Made by a program: the position numbers and the translations under genes
Assembly (NCBI GenBank): GCA_977862235.1
Contig: OZ374559.1
Coordinates: 1,116,001-1,180,000, forward strand
Direction: 5' to 3'
Source of the DNA: Dudresnaya verticillata
Lineage: Eukaryota
DNA length: 64,000 nt
Notes under the pieces: generated by a model
Databases searched by the model: none
The model's input: only the letters and a program-made list of their open reading frames with translations
What the model was told of the DNA's origin: nothing
In this document: positions 12,437 through 24,351 of the stretch, piece by piece
How the letters are laid out: each line of letters opens with the position of its first letter
Numbering within the stretch: position 1 is the first letter of the stretch

Positions 12437-15400
12437 GCCGACAAGTGCGGAGCCGGCGGGAACGGTTTGCCACCAAGGCGAGGAGAACGGGGATTACTCC
12501 GCGGCCTATCCACAGGATGGTTGAGCGTTTCAGCGAACTGCAACTGGGGAGCTGCCGATCGGGGTGCCCTGTTCTCCGGGTGAGAGTTGGAGGTTGCCTC
12601 GGTGAAATGTCGACGTGAATTTTGAGGATCCTGATCCGAGGGACGCATCTGATTCGCGAATGACGGCGAACGGACCAAGATGGCCAGCCATTCCCGTTGC
12701 TCCCTGGAGAGTTGTGCGTAGTGGTTACGTAGAATCTGCAAGAAGCCACGCTCGTCTGTTCGTGCCAGATATGGGCAATTGGGCTTTTTACGGCCGATAC
12801 CCAGACATTCGAAGCAGATGTCATCCGGCCTATCTTCCACGAATAGCCAGCCGGGACGCTGTGCGCGAGATGGTTGGGCCCACGAGGGGAGCCTCGGATT
12901 CTGGTTGGATAGTACCGCACTGACGGAGTCATAATAGCTGTCCGTAGCGTCAGACGGGGCTGTGGACCAGATGTCCGAAGCTGTTATGGACGAATCCGGC
13001 GCTTGGCTGTCGCTGAGCGCCACAACTGTGTCTTCAGAATCGGAGCTAGTCCTTGTGGAGCCACCACTGGCACTTGAAGCAGATTCGGTGATGGGGCGTC
13101 CCTGTCAGACCAGGAGCACATTACCGGCCTTGTCGGCTTTGATGGACGACTTCCGTCGCAACACTGAATTACCAGACACACGTTCTCGACGACCAGCACA
13201 CATGAGGGTCCGGTGCGAGTCACCTTGGGCGGTAGCAAGTTCCACATCGTCGGCGAGTCTAGCCGTTCGCCGGTCCGAACCCGAATTGCTCAACAAAGGC
13301 TTCGTGGCCGGCAAGAGGCCACGGATGAACCTGATGATAACGTCCTGTTCGGAGTAGACACCCGCGACCTTTCGTGCCTTAGTCTGGAGGCGTTGTGAGA
13401 AGGTCACTTCGTCCTCATCCTCGGCTTGGGCCATCCGGTCTATTTCCGGGGCTATCCTATCGATGTATACACCCTTCGCATATGTGCGTAGGAGGTAATT
13501 TCCGGCTTCGGCCACTCGGAGAATCCTCCATTATCATCTCCTGCCACGTCGAAGTTGCCTTCGAACATATCTCGTGCATCCTTATCTAGAAATTCGGGGA
13601 GCACGAGAATTGCCGCCCCTTCGCTCATCTTGACTTGGTCCAGGTGACGCTTCAAAGCGGCTAAGAAGCCAATAATCGCAACCGGATCGCTTCCGTCAAA
13701 CTTGCGACTCTTCATCACGGACTTGATCTTCTTGACTTTCTTCGACTTGTCCTCAGTGACTTCTGGGCCTCTATATTGGTCCAGGTTCATCAGACAATAG
13801 CGTCGGTGAGAGCGAACCTGGATGAAAGCCGGGTTCTGCGGAGTGAGCTACTTAACATCCGAGCGTCTTGGCCCTCGCCAAGATGGGCGAGATGACCTCC
13901 TTGGTGGAGAACTATCCTTTTCGGACAACTGCCGCTGACGCCGCTGGGCCGACCGACGTGGCTCGTCACGGTGTCGACGGGAATCAGTCCCTTGGCCAGT
14001 GCGGCATGTTCTACAACCTGACTGCGCAGCGCGTGGGTCGTCAGTATCAGAATGGTCATGTACCGATTCCGCACGCGAGTCTCGCCTAGGCGAATGACGC
14101 CGTCGGTCCTGAGTCCTTTTTGGTACCGGGCTCCGGCGCCGTGCCATCTCAGGAGCTAAGTCCTTTTCCAGGAGACGTAGCTGGAGACGAATCTCGATGA
14201 AGTTGAGTCGACGCCGCTCCTCGGCCAGTTCCTCTTTCAAGAGCGCAATGGCTCGGTCCTGTTATACGCACTTGGCGTCACTTCCGTTGAGACGAAGGTC
14301 TAGAATCGCGTCGGACGCTTCTTCTCTTGAGAGATCCACCACTAGATTGAGAGTCTCGACGTCATCATGGATCGTTTCCACCCGCTCCACGAGCGACTCA
14401 ACTCTCGCATCTAGCGACTCAATTTCATCCGCCACCCTCCTTCCCGTATCGGAGTGGCGGATCCGGCTGGTCATTTCTTCTTGACACAGCGTCAGTATTC
14501 GCTCATCCCGACGACCGGCTGACTCATCGATATAGCGTTTAACACGCGTGAGCGTTTCATCAGCTTGCGCTGCGGCAAGCGGCCTAATCTGGGTGGCAAC
14601 AAGGTGACCCACACCATCAGCGACCATTTGGTGGATCTCAGCTTCCTTGAAACACCGTACATCATCCGAGTTAGCATTCGTTCGGGTCGGCTGCCCATAC
14701 CCGGACGCCGTAGTTTCTTCGGTCGGTGAAGCGTAATCTGTCGATCGGGGAGTCGTCCCGATTCCGACATCACTTCTGGGCCCTGGTCCTCATTCGCGTC
14801 CACTCCCGTGGATGCTTGCGGTTCTGACCGGGTCATCAATTCGTCCAACGGGGCCGAATCCCGTCCAGGGTTCGGCGTGTAACTGGGAGTGGTCCCGTGT
14901 AAGGGGTCGGCACTTGACTCTCCATCCTGCGGTGGTCCCCCACGTGCCAGCCTCGGTCCGGGACCGTCATCATCTGGGGCGGCGTCATTTAAGCAACGCT
15001 GTTCTAGTCGTCCATCCGACGGACCGCACCTAAGAGCAACGGATCCCGAACGGGTGGTAACGCCCGAAATAAGGACGAAAGACTCCCGGCACGACTGTCA
15101 CCACGGCCGATGAGGCTCGGTCTGGTTGTATCGCCGTTCGATGTCGGCATCTCTCCGAGGTTGTGGGACTGATAACCGGTCCCAAAATAGGTAATAATTC
15201 CGGAAGGACCGGTGGGTCGATGGGACTTTTCCCAATGCGCCAACCGGCGTTCCGTAAATGTTTCTCGCACGAGACGATGCTTTGAAGGAGAATCCTTTCC
15301 AGCTTGAGCACGTTGCTCATACGTAAGCTTTGGTAGACTTCAGGGCTAACAGCGATTTCTCCAAGACTACTCTCCAACTTGTGCGCTGGCACGGCCTGTA

Positions 15401-15532
15401 CAAAGAACGGTCTTTTGCAAGGATGCACCGATAATCTGCCGAAGCAGTCTTAAGGGGGGTGTCAGTCACACCCGCAACAACAACTTCTAAATGGACACTG
15501 GGGCCGGTTGTAATACAAAGAATAACATGCAC
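12397..15532 (-). pseudogene. Element B gag relic
   Basis: KFDGSDPVAIIGFL (retrotransposon gag-like), FIRGLLP, degenerate Zn knuckle CFECLGIGRKKPNCP; fragmented ORFs. Confidence 0.8.
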
Positions 15533-15542
15533 ATGCTCGCCA
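15533..15542 (-). promoter_or_regulatory. Putative primer-binding site of element B
   Basis: Minus strand reads ...AAATCA-G-TGGCGAGCAT, i.e. TGG 1 nt after a CA terminus, the same spacing as in element C. Confidence 0.55.
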
Positions 15543-15543
15543 C

Positions 15544-16292
15544 TGATTTGACGCTACTCGGCGGCTTGAGATGGAGCGTAGAAACCGTCAACAATCCTGA
15601 CTAGGGTTTCAACACCGGTTGCCCGGGAAACTCGTCTTGGACACGAAAAAACGTCTTGAGTCTTGTACTCGTGATGTTAACCAACCAGAGTTGAGGATTA
15701 GAGGGAAACCAGCCCAGAAAAGACAATGACAACAAGGAAACCTGTCCGAAACCGTCGTAATCAGAGGTAGCTCGTGTATGTGGTAGAGGCTAAAGGGGAT
15801 GGCACTAGGCCAGGAAAAAGGGAAAAAGGGTGGACGCGACCCGGTATTCCGCAGAGAGCCTGCCGTAGGGTGACGAGCCTGTAGTTGGCGTCCAAAACGG
15901 GAAAGGGAAGCGCCCGGAATCCATAAAATGGTCAAGACCGAGAAACGCCCCATAGGGTTCAATCGGGGGTGCCCTGCTGTTTAGGGGACTTGTGCTTGTG
16001 CCCGTGGTAACACTAGCTAATACCGTGTACTGTACACAAATTGCGTTGAGCAATGGGAGGCGGATTTACGCCCCTGTGGAGGCGTATAATCGGGAGATAT
16101 CCCAGCGCCGCGAAAATGATCGTGCCCACAGCGCGTCAATTGCGCGTTAGAGGCGCAGGTGAGTCCGCTCCAGGCGCCCATCACATATTTCATCCTGGAG
16201 ATGCCCAGCAATGACTGCATCTTACAGGGCATTGGCCCGTTACGGCTTACAGAGTAGTATGCCCACTTGGCGCAAATCGCCTTTGTGCCACA
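15544..16292 (-). repeat. 5' LTR of element B
   Basis: TG...CA bounded on minus strand, followed by PBS; 15709-16292 matches 3579-4161. Confidence 0.75.
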
Positions 16293-16830
16293 ACTGCAGA
16301 CTAAAATATGGTGGCAACAGTCCAGACGCACTGCGGAATTTGTTGACAAACTTTTTGAGAACGGAAATCGTAGACCGGCCGAGTTCCAAACCACCAGGAG
16401 GGTGAGTAAGGAGACGTAACAGAGAAGGTTTGAGATGATTCGAACCAGGCGCACTATGGAAGGGAAGCGAACGTAGTCCTTTGCGGGCCTCAGATTATGT
16501 AAATGTATAGGCTGTTGCTATGGATCGTAATCTGTGAAGTGATATTGGAATCGAGGCAGGAGGGTGAAGACCTTTCATCCACGTTAAGATTGCAGAGGAA
16601 TGCTTGACAGGAGGTTAAAGAGAGCACAACGCATATGCAGACGTGCTGACAGCACCTTCAGATATGAGCTAACGACATAGAGAGGCTGGGTGTTAGCGAG
16701 AAGTAAGTACCTGTACATGTAAATCTTTGAGATTAGCAAGACCCCAGGGGGAACCCTGATGGGCGTGAAGGAGATACAAGTAAAACCTGTTGGCGAGGGT
16801 CAAGAGCTGGTGATGTTCTGCGTTTTCTTA
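16293..16830 (-). pseudogene. Highly decayed non-LTR reverse transcriptase relic
   Basis: Frameshifted QG(S)PLG-like motif near 16760-16740 and GGL(E)L thumb-like motif near 16400-16380. Confidence 0.35.
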
Positions 16831-17619
16831 TTGTTTACTTGTGAAAATCTTGAAGAGACTTATATGCACTTTTGAGTTCAGCGAAACCTACTTAAACTGA
16901 ACTCCCCTGCCCTGAGCGCCAGGAAAGTGGCAGGAGACGCGCCAGGAACATAAATAGCGCCCGTAACCACTCTATACCACTGAAAATGAAGTAGTAACTA
17001 TAGAAGCGCTTTCTTTCACCAGTCCAGGAGGCCTGTACGAGGTCTCCGGACAAATAATGCATTTCTCAGGTGCCATCAACGTAAATTACCGATTCACTTC
17101 CTGATCCCTCCCTGCGGGATGCCATTATGTCTTCATCAACATTCAGATGTACAACTTGAATCCCTCGAATGACTCCTGTTTAACCTTCTGAGTTCTTGAC
17201 GACTCCTGTGCCACTTCTGTGCCATTCGCGATCTCTGCGCGACTGCTTTCCCGGCCCCTTGGGCGCCCTCGCCCTCTTCCTCCCACTCCCCGACCCAGTG
17301 ACATCCCCGCGGTGTGCTCTGTAACGATACCAAGTAGCGCTACACACGATCACGGAAATTAGTCTAGTTGACCTATTTAACCAAGGTTCAGAAATAACCT
17401 GGTCCATGTTAATTACGGGAAACGTTTCAATAAAATGGTTTCATACTGGACAGTACGTTTACTGCATACCAAGCAGAGAGCCATGAATGGCCAATTTTGG
17501 CACACTATGCTGCTCACAATGGCGCTTTCGTCGCCGACTGGGCCACGACGGCGGCCAACTCTCTACTGTGAATGCAGCGACGTCGTCACAAAGGCGCGAA
17601 GGCCGGCAACGTGTCTAAC

Positions 17620-18621
17620 AATGCCTTCAAGTGGGCGCATTGAGAGGGCTATGGCCCATGCAATGGCAAGGAGATCTGCGGAAACAGAATCGAATCAGGG
17701 CAGGAGCAGCGACAACGTTCAGAACGCCGAGCAGGGCTCATCGGAAGGAACGCCGAGCAGCGCTCCGACAGCACAGAATTCAGACTCAGGCCGTCGTATC
17801 GTCTCTGTGTCAACACTTTCGCAACGCCGCACGGTTCTACAGTGGATGATAACGGATGAGGAAGACAATGGCATCAAAGGCATTATTGGCCGAGCGTTAA
17901 GAGAATTCCCACAGCTCTTGCGGGCTCTTACAAAGCCAACCACGCAATGGTTTCTTCGTGGGGGCGTAAAAGGCCACAATTGCTTGCCCTCCGTGCAGGT
18001 ACCACTCGTCGGGGAAACTTGAGTGGGCTTGTTCATCATGGTGTCAAAAGGGTCAACTTCAAGGCTCTTTCAGGACGCGGCCGCAAGCGCAAGGAATGGG
18101 TTACAATCCTGTAGCAGGCCATGCTACTGGAGTTTGACAGGATGCGTCCTGCAGGTGTTAAAGTGACACCATCTCTAGAGAGCGTGCTGAGCGTGGCTGT
18201 ATCATTTTCAAAGGTAGATGCCGTGAGCAAGATTACTTTTCTATTGGTACAGAAATTCATGTCCAGCAATGACCTTGTAATTCGACGTCAGACGGGAAAT
18301 ATTTCGCCGAGTCCAGAGAAGCAACTGAACATTCGCAGGACTGTAGGTTATCATTTCGGAACGCTAAAACGAGGTTTTGAGAGTGGAGAACTTGATGAGA
18401 ACACAATCGAAAACACCGATGAAACTCATTTTTGTTTCAATATGGACAACGGAAGGACACTTGGTTTTTGTGGCGACGAACATGTCAAATATGCAGACGT
18501 TTTATCTGGCGATGAGGGAATTACGATGATGATTCGTGTTACAGGGAGTGTAAATGCCTCCATTGAAGTGCTAATGCTAGTTTTTAGAAATGGCTACTGC
18601 TCATACCCAATTCGTGGAGTC
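17620..18621 (+). pseudogene. DDE transposase, N-terminal part (HTH region and first catalytic Asp)
   Basis: GRGRKRKEW, VIRRQTG, ENTDETHF, KYADVLSGDEGITM, SYPIRGV; internal stops and frameshift. Confidence 0.88.
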
Positions 18622-19522
18622 TGTGGTGCAAACGTCTGAAGACGGAACACCGCCGAGCAGTTCGGGGCTCGGTGGGTAGCGTCGCCCGTGGCGTGAGTAG
18701 CCTCGCCTTGGGCGGCTTGTGGTAGAGCAGTGGACACGCCTTGGGCGGACTGTAGACGCCCGAGGCGGAAAGGAAGGAAAAAGGGAACAAAAAGGAAACA
18801 CGTCAAGGACGGTGAGGGACGTGGAAGCACGGGTGGTAGACGCTTAGGCCTTAGGCAGCGGTAGGATACGCGCGTGCGGAACGGGGAAGTCTGGACCAAG
18901 GCCGGCTTGCCCGGGCGTTTACTGCTACGTCTGGGACTGCTTACCTAAGTATAGTACGGCGGTGCGGCAGCGGCGGTGCATGTGCGTAGCGAGGGAACTC
19001 GGGACACGTGTCGTCCCGAGGCGCGCCTGACAGATCACCCATCGCATGCAGCTGCGCGCCTGACAGGTTGCCGCGCAACCCCCTGCGTGGGCGCTTACAT
19101 GCACAGGTGGACTCGTGTGCCTTACAGCTATGCGCGCGCGTGTACTGTAGAGCGTGCGCCCTTGATCTAATCCGACACTTGTCCGATCCCGATCCCCATC
19201 CGGGTTCGGGCCAGCAATGCGAACACTCGCAGCCTTACAGACGCGTACCTTACAGCTCAGGCGATCCGGATAGCCAATCTGGATACCGGATCCGGATCCC
19301 ATCTGGATCCGTGTTACAGTGCCCCGAGGCGCCATGTCGGCCCATCACCGTACAGTGCCCGCATGGCGCGCGGCGCGCAACGTGCGGGCGCGCCCCAATG
19401 AGCCGTCGATGACGTGTTCGCGCGCCAATGGCGGTGGTGAGCGCCGGTGGCGGTTTCGCCGTTTGTCGACGTATTTGTTGCTCCGCCTTTACCTAAAAAG
19501 GGGCTCACCCCCTTGCACCACA
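18622..19522. mobile_element. Solo LTR (901 bp) with perfect 5-bp TSD GAGTC
   Basis: GAGTC|TGTGGTGCAA...TTGCACCACA|GAGTC; removing it restores the transposase frame. Confidence 0.95.
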
Positions 19523-19565
19523 GAGTCAAAGATGTTGTTTGCGGCGTTTGTTACCGCACTGGGAG

Positions 19566-20317
19566 TGTGGTATAACGAAGTTCACGGTGACGCGGGGAAG
19601 TCTCGCATTGTAAGGAATGGCCTCGGAGCCTAACGAATGGCCTCGCAGCCTAACGGAGAAACGAAAAGGGGTGATAGCGTGGTAGAGCGGAGCGACCAAC
19701 ACGAAGGACCACGGTGTCAACGTATTCGTGTGCGGAAAGGAGAACTCGAGCAATCGATCACCGGGGTTGACTCCGGGTGCGCGGGGCTATCGAAAGCGAG
19801 GCTCGACCGTATCCGCGGTCACTAAGACGAAGACACCGAACTCGAAGAAACAGGCGTTTACCGAAGACTCCGAGGTCCGAGCGCTAGTCGATTGCCGGAA
19901 ACCCTCGGAGGTTGTGCCAGACGACTGGCTAAGTAATACTGCGTGAGCACGAATGCGCGTCAACGCGGGAGACGTTTCGTACTCGAATGATTCGTAACGG
20001 CCTCGGTGCTAACGAACGGTCGCCTCACGTATGGTGGCGGTTGCGAAGTGCGCCAGCGATGCATACGGAGGTGCGCGTGTCTCGTGGGCCCCGGTGCCGT
20101 TACGCGCGGGAAACAACGGGAACGTCACGAAGGTGTCAGCGATTTCGTATCACGTGTGTGCTGTAATGCGAATGCCATCGTGGCGCGCGCACAATATGCG
20201 CACTGTAATACGTTTGCCATCGTGGCGTGCGCATTCACGGAGTCATTTCGAAATTCGTATTTCTCGGTTTTTTTACGTAGACCACGGAGTCGTTTCGCGG
20301 ATAGCGTCTATACCACA
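19566..20317 (-). repeat. 3' LTR of element C (752 bp)
   Basis: Direct repeat of 31386-32256 with fewer internal sub-repeats. Confidence 0.95.
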
Positions 20318-20334
20318 CGGCCCCCCCTCAAGAG
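20318..20334 (-). promoter_or_regulatory. Polypurine tract of element C
   Basis: Minus strand TTGAGGGGGGGCCG immediately before the 3' LTR. Confidence 0.8.
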
Positions 20335-20931
20335 CGAACGTCCCGGTCGCGGGTTACAAATCACGAGTTGGCGTGGCCCGGTTTCCCTCGGTGGAGCGCC
20401 GGTGGAGTCATCCGAGTGGCGGCGCGGAGATTGCTTCAAGCTCACGGCGTCGCGCAGCGGTGCCTCGGGGCTTACGAATTTGAATTCGGATCACGTGCGC
20501 GATGGTGCCTTCGTATTGGCTAATCGCGAAGACTATTTCGCGTACGTAGACGGGTTAGGGCTTCGGCGCCGTCCGTCGACGCGTGCGCGCGCGGATCACG
20601 GAGACGGAGCGCGAGTAGCGTGGGTTATTTCAACTTCGTGTTGCGCTGGATCCGAGCCCCTTGCTTCTCCGGTCATCGCGCACACGCACAACTCGCTTCA
20701 GCTCCTTGGCTTTCGGTCTTCGCGGTCCGTTTGCTCCTTCGTGTGCGCTGCTGCGTCCGTTCGCGTCTCTTCTCGTATCGTTCGCTCCGCTCCGTGGCGT
20801 TCGTGTTGGTGTTTCGTTGGCCTCGGTGGTTTGCGGTGGTCGGCTGCGGGTCGTGGGTCTCGGTGTTGGGGTAAGTGTTGGGCGTCCTCCGTAGGTTGCG
20901 TTACGTTTAAGTTAGTGTCACGTATCCTGCG

Positions 20932-22972
20932 ATGGTCTACAAGGGTCCCGAGAAGGGAACCAAGTCCCAAGAAGAGCGCGTCGATGCGACTCGCCGTCGC
21001 CTCGAGGGCGAGCTCGCTGCTGCGGCGGAACGTGAGGCCTCGGAGCCGACGCGGGATATTGCGGTGCCTCCGAGGGCTTCGGGTACTACATCGGATGTCG
21101 CTGGTCTCGCGGCGGACTCCGGTGAATACGTTCCACGGACTCTTGCGATTCCGCACGTGGTGGACATCGGGGCTTCGGGGCCTTCGCGTGCGGCGGACCT
21201 CGGTATTCCGTACGTAAGTTCGGGCGGTTCGAATCCGCAATTCGTGAATCGGGGTTGGCAACCGAGTGCTTCGTTAGGTCCCCAGAAATTCGGGACAAAG
21301 GATGAGAGTGCTCCGAGGCTTCCGTCTGCGCAGCTTTACTTCGCATGGGATGAGTTCGCAATTTCCGGAGTTACTCACAAAGAGGTCGCTGCCTACGATG
21401 GCCGTGTTCGTCCGGATCTCGCTCGCTTCCGTGCGCTATGCGAGGGTCGCGATGACAACGGAGCCGGGGTCTTTCACGTATTCTGGCCCCGTGGCCCCGT
21501 GTATCCGACTCCGTTGGGTCTCCCGTGTGACGTTTCCTACGTGACCACGGTCGATGAGGTTGCTTACGTAGATGCGTGTGCGCGTGTGCTCCTGGCACCG
21601 GGTGCGGATATCTCCGTGGATTCTCCGGTTGTCGCGTTGGCTCTTTTTCGCGTCTTCCCCGAGTTCGAGTCTGCTACGGGGAACGTATGGCGTTACGTAG
21701 ATTCGGTATCACGCATCCTTCGTGTTCAAATCGGTCCCGGAGACTGGGCTCTGTTTCGCGGAGTAGGCACGATGCCAGATCGAGTGGATACGAGTGCGCG
21801 TTTCGACGATCGAGTGCCTCTGAGCATGTTTCCAAGTTCGTATTGGCTCAATAGCCTCAATGTTTGGGCCCGTGGGCTTAGTCGTGCCACCTCCGAGGGT
21901 GATTCGATATTTCGGGCTCATTGCAGATACGTATTCGGAGCGGGCGAGGAAGTGCTTCGAGCGTTTTCGTGACTCCGAGTATCGCTTCGAACTTGGTCGC
22001 GCGTTGATATCCGATGTTACGCAGCGCCAATACGTATGGGTACTCGATACTTCGTTGATCAACTTCGTTCGTGAGCGCTGGTCGAAGCCATTCTCCGAGG
22101 ATGGCTGTTATCCCGATCTTTCGCTCCGTGGCTCGGATCGTACGACGTCGTTTTCGAGGGTGCTCCTGATTTCCATCGAGGCCACGGATCGGAGGGAGCT
22201 CCAGTCGACTCGTCGCGATTTCCCGATGCGACAGTGGTCCCAAGTGGTCGGACCCGATGTGGGCTCCGAGGCCTGGTTCGATTGGCGTCACAACCGACCC
22301 TCACGAGGAGGGCGGGGTCCGCGAGTCGAACCGTTTTCGCATCCGAGTGCCACGGTTCGTGCCATCGGAGGCGAGGTTGGTCCGTTGCTGCGGGTTCCTC
22401 GCTCTGTAGCTCCGGTTCCTTCGTCGTTGCTGACTCCGGGATCACATCTTGGCACCGGGGCTGTCGTGTTGGTGCCGAGCGCTTCGGGTTCTTCGATCGC
22501 GAGTCTCGAGATGCGCTGTCCTACGGATATTCGCAGTCTCGACTCCGTGAGCGATGCGTGTAGCGAAGCGGGCATCTCCCCGGATGGGACTCTTCGACAA
22601 CTGCTGGACGGTCTCGGCGGAAGTTTCCTTCGCGCGGTTACGGAGGTGAGTCGCCTTCGTAGGCAGTTTTTTGATCGGGATGCGGAGATAGCGGACCTTC
22701 GTCATCGTATTCGGGACCTCGAGTTGAGCGGTAAGCGTCGGCGCGAAGATTACGGTTACCCGAGTTACGATGCTCCGCGTTACGGGTCTGGCTCCGGAGG
22801 CCCTTCGGGCTTCGGACCCAGCGGTGGCGATGGTTACGATGGTCACCGCGGACAATCGCAGACATCGGATCCGTATGCGCCTAACTTTCTTCGCGTGACT
22901 CCAGATGAAAACGGAAACGATCCTCGTGATAATCCGCCTTACGACTCCGCGAACCCGTATGGTCGCTCGTAA
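20932..22972 (+). CDS. Antisense extra ORF of element C (~680 aa if one frameshift near 21860 is bridged), unknown function
   Basis: Overlapping ORFs 20932-21972 and 21860-22972; globular middle, coiled-coil (RDAEIADLRHRIRDLEL) and Gly/Tyr/Pro-rich tail. Confidence 0.72.
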
Positions 22973-24351
22973 TTGTACGTAATGTTAGCACCGAGGCTTT
23001 CTCTTTTAGCTTTGTAGCTGCGTGGTTTCTCGTTTTCGGTATCGAACTCCTTGTTCTCGGAGCTCACGGTGGCGGGGTCTCGGTCTTGTGGTATCGTCTC
23101 GAGTAAACGTTTTTCTTTCTCGACTCTTTTTTGCCTCGTAGTGATAGTCACGTAGTTGTCAGCATCGTAGCTTTAACTTCGTAGCTTCTCGTAAACGAGC
23201 TTCGTGCTCAAGTGTGCGAACCTGGAACTGGTTCGTGGCGCGGCTTCGTTTTTCTCGACTCCGTGGCCTACGTGATGCGTGTGACGTTGATTACGAATAA
23301 AATTACGCGTGTTTCCTTCGCGGAGTTGAGTCATCGAGACTTCGTGAGATATGCGTGCACGGCCCCCTCCTAAAGACGAAGGCGTCCACGCCAACGTGCT
23401 TGGGGGGGTGGGTTGCGGATACGCGCTCCTCGGAGAGTTGTGCGGGTGTTGCGAGGATCGCGCAGGGCATGTCGCGTGAGCTCCGGGGCTGTGGCGGGCG
23501 AGCTGCTTCGGGGGTGCATCGGTGCGGGCAGAACGTTTTCTTAATGGGGCGCTGAGGCTATGTGAGAGACTCCGTGGTTGTTGCGAAGGTGCGTCGTAAC
23601 AGGTGAGCTCCGTGTCGCAAGTGAGGCGTGGGTTGCGAAGTCGAAGTGCGCGTTGCGGGTGGCATCTGCCTCGAAGTATGACGTCAGGCGCGTATGACAA
23701 GTTACGTATAGTTCACCGTGTCCGTCCGTCGCGGTGTCAGCTCCTGTAATGCGAGTGCCGCGGTGCAACCTTGTGCGCGGATGAGCCAGTGTCGAATATC
23801 ACGAAGCTCGTGGGACGCAGTGTGTGTCCACCGCCGCATCGGTGGGCGCGCCCGTCGCGATACCGCGGGACGCTTCCGACTGCGTGAGAAGCGACTTCGT
23901 GTGGGCATCGTGGCGGACGAATCGGTGAGCGCTTGCGGACACGGTGATGCGGAGTGGGCTTCGTGATGCCACCGAGGGCTGCGTTGTTATGTGCGGGGTG
24001 GCGGGCATCTGCTCCGAGGCATCCGTGTGTGTCGGAGCTGTGGTCGTGCGCGACGAAGGCGCGTCGTGAAATACGGAGTCGAGTATCACGAAGTTGGGCC
24101 ACGAGGTGCGCCAAGCGGCACTGGGCGATCGGATGCTCCGAGGCAATCGAAATGAGCAGCTTCGTAGTCAGCACGTAGTTGGAGAAAGCGGAGTGTGGCT
24201 CCGGGGCCTTTCGAGTGGTGAGCACAGTGCGCCGCGCAATCCGGGTGAGCGGGAGCGTTAATCGTGCGACGAATTGCGGAGCACGAAGTCGGGGCCACGG
24301 AACCACTCGGGGTCCCAGTCGGAGAGCCATTCGTGGGCGAGTAGCACGGGG

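Larger units (their letters stand above)
3579..16292 (-). mobile_element. Decayed Ty3/Gypsy chromovirus (element B), same family as A; RT core deleted
   Basis: LTR-like direct repeats 3579-4161 / 15709-16292; gag, protease (VLDTGAGPNLI), RNase H, integrase and chromodomain on minus strand; no TSD found. Confidence 0.88.

Noticed and set aside
20006..21217. 403-aa ORF, and similar ORFs at 63364-63699 and 31826-32260
   Set aside because: They start inside GC-rich LTR sequence, have Arg/Ser/Cys-rich non-protein-like composition, and differ in frame between LTR copies.
20932..22972. env-like gene
   Set aside because: Antisense orientation, and no signal peptide or clear transmembrane segment.
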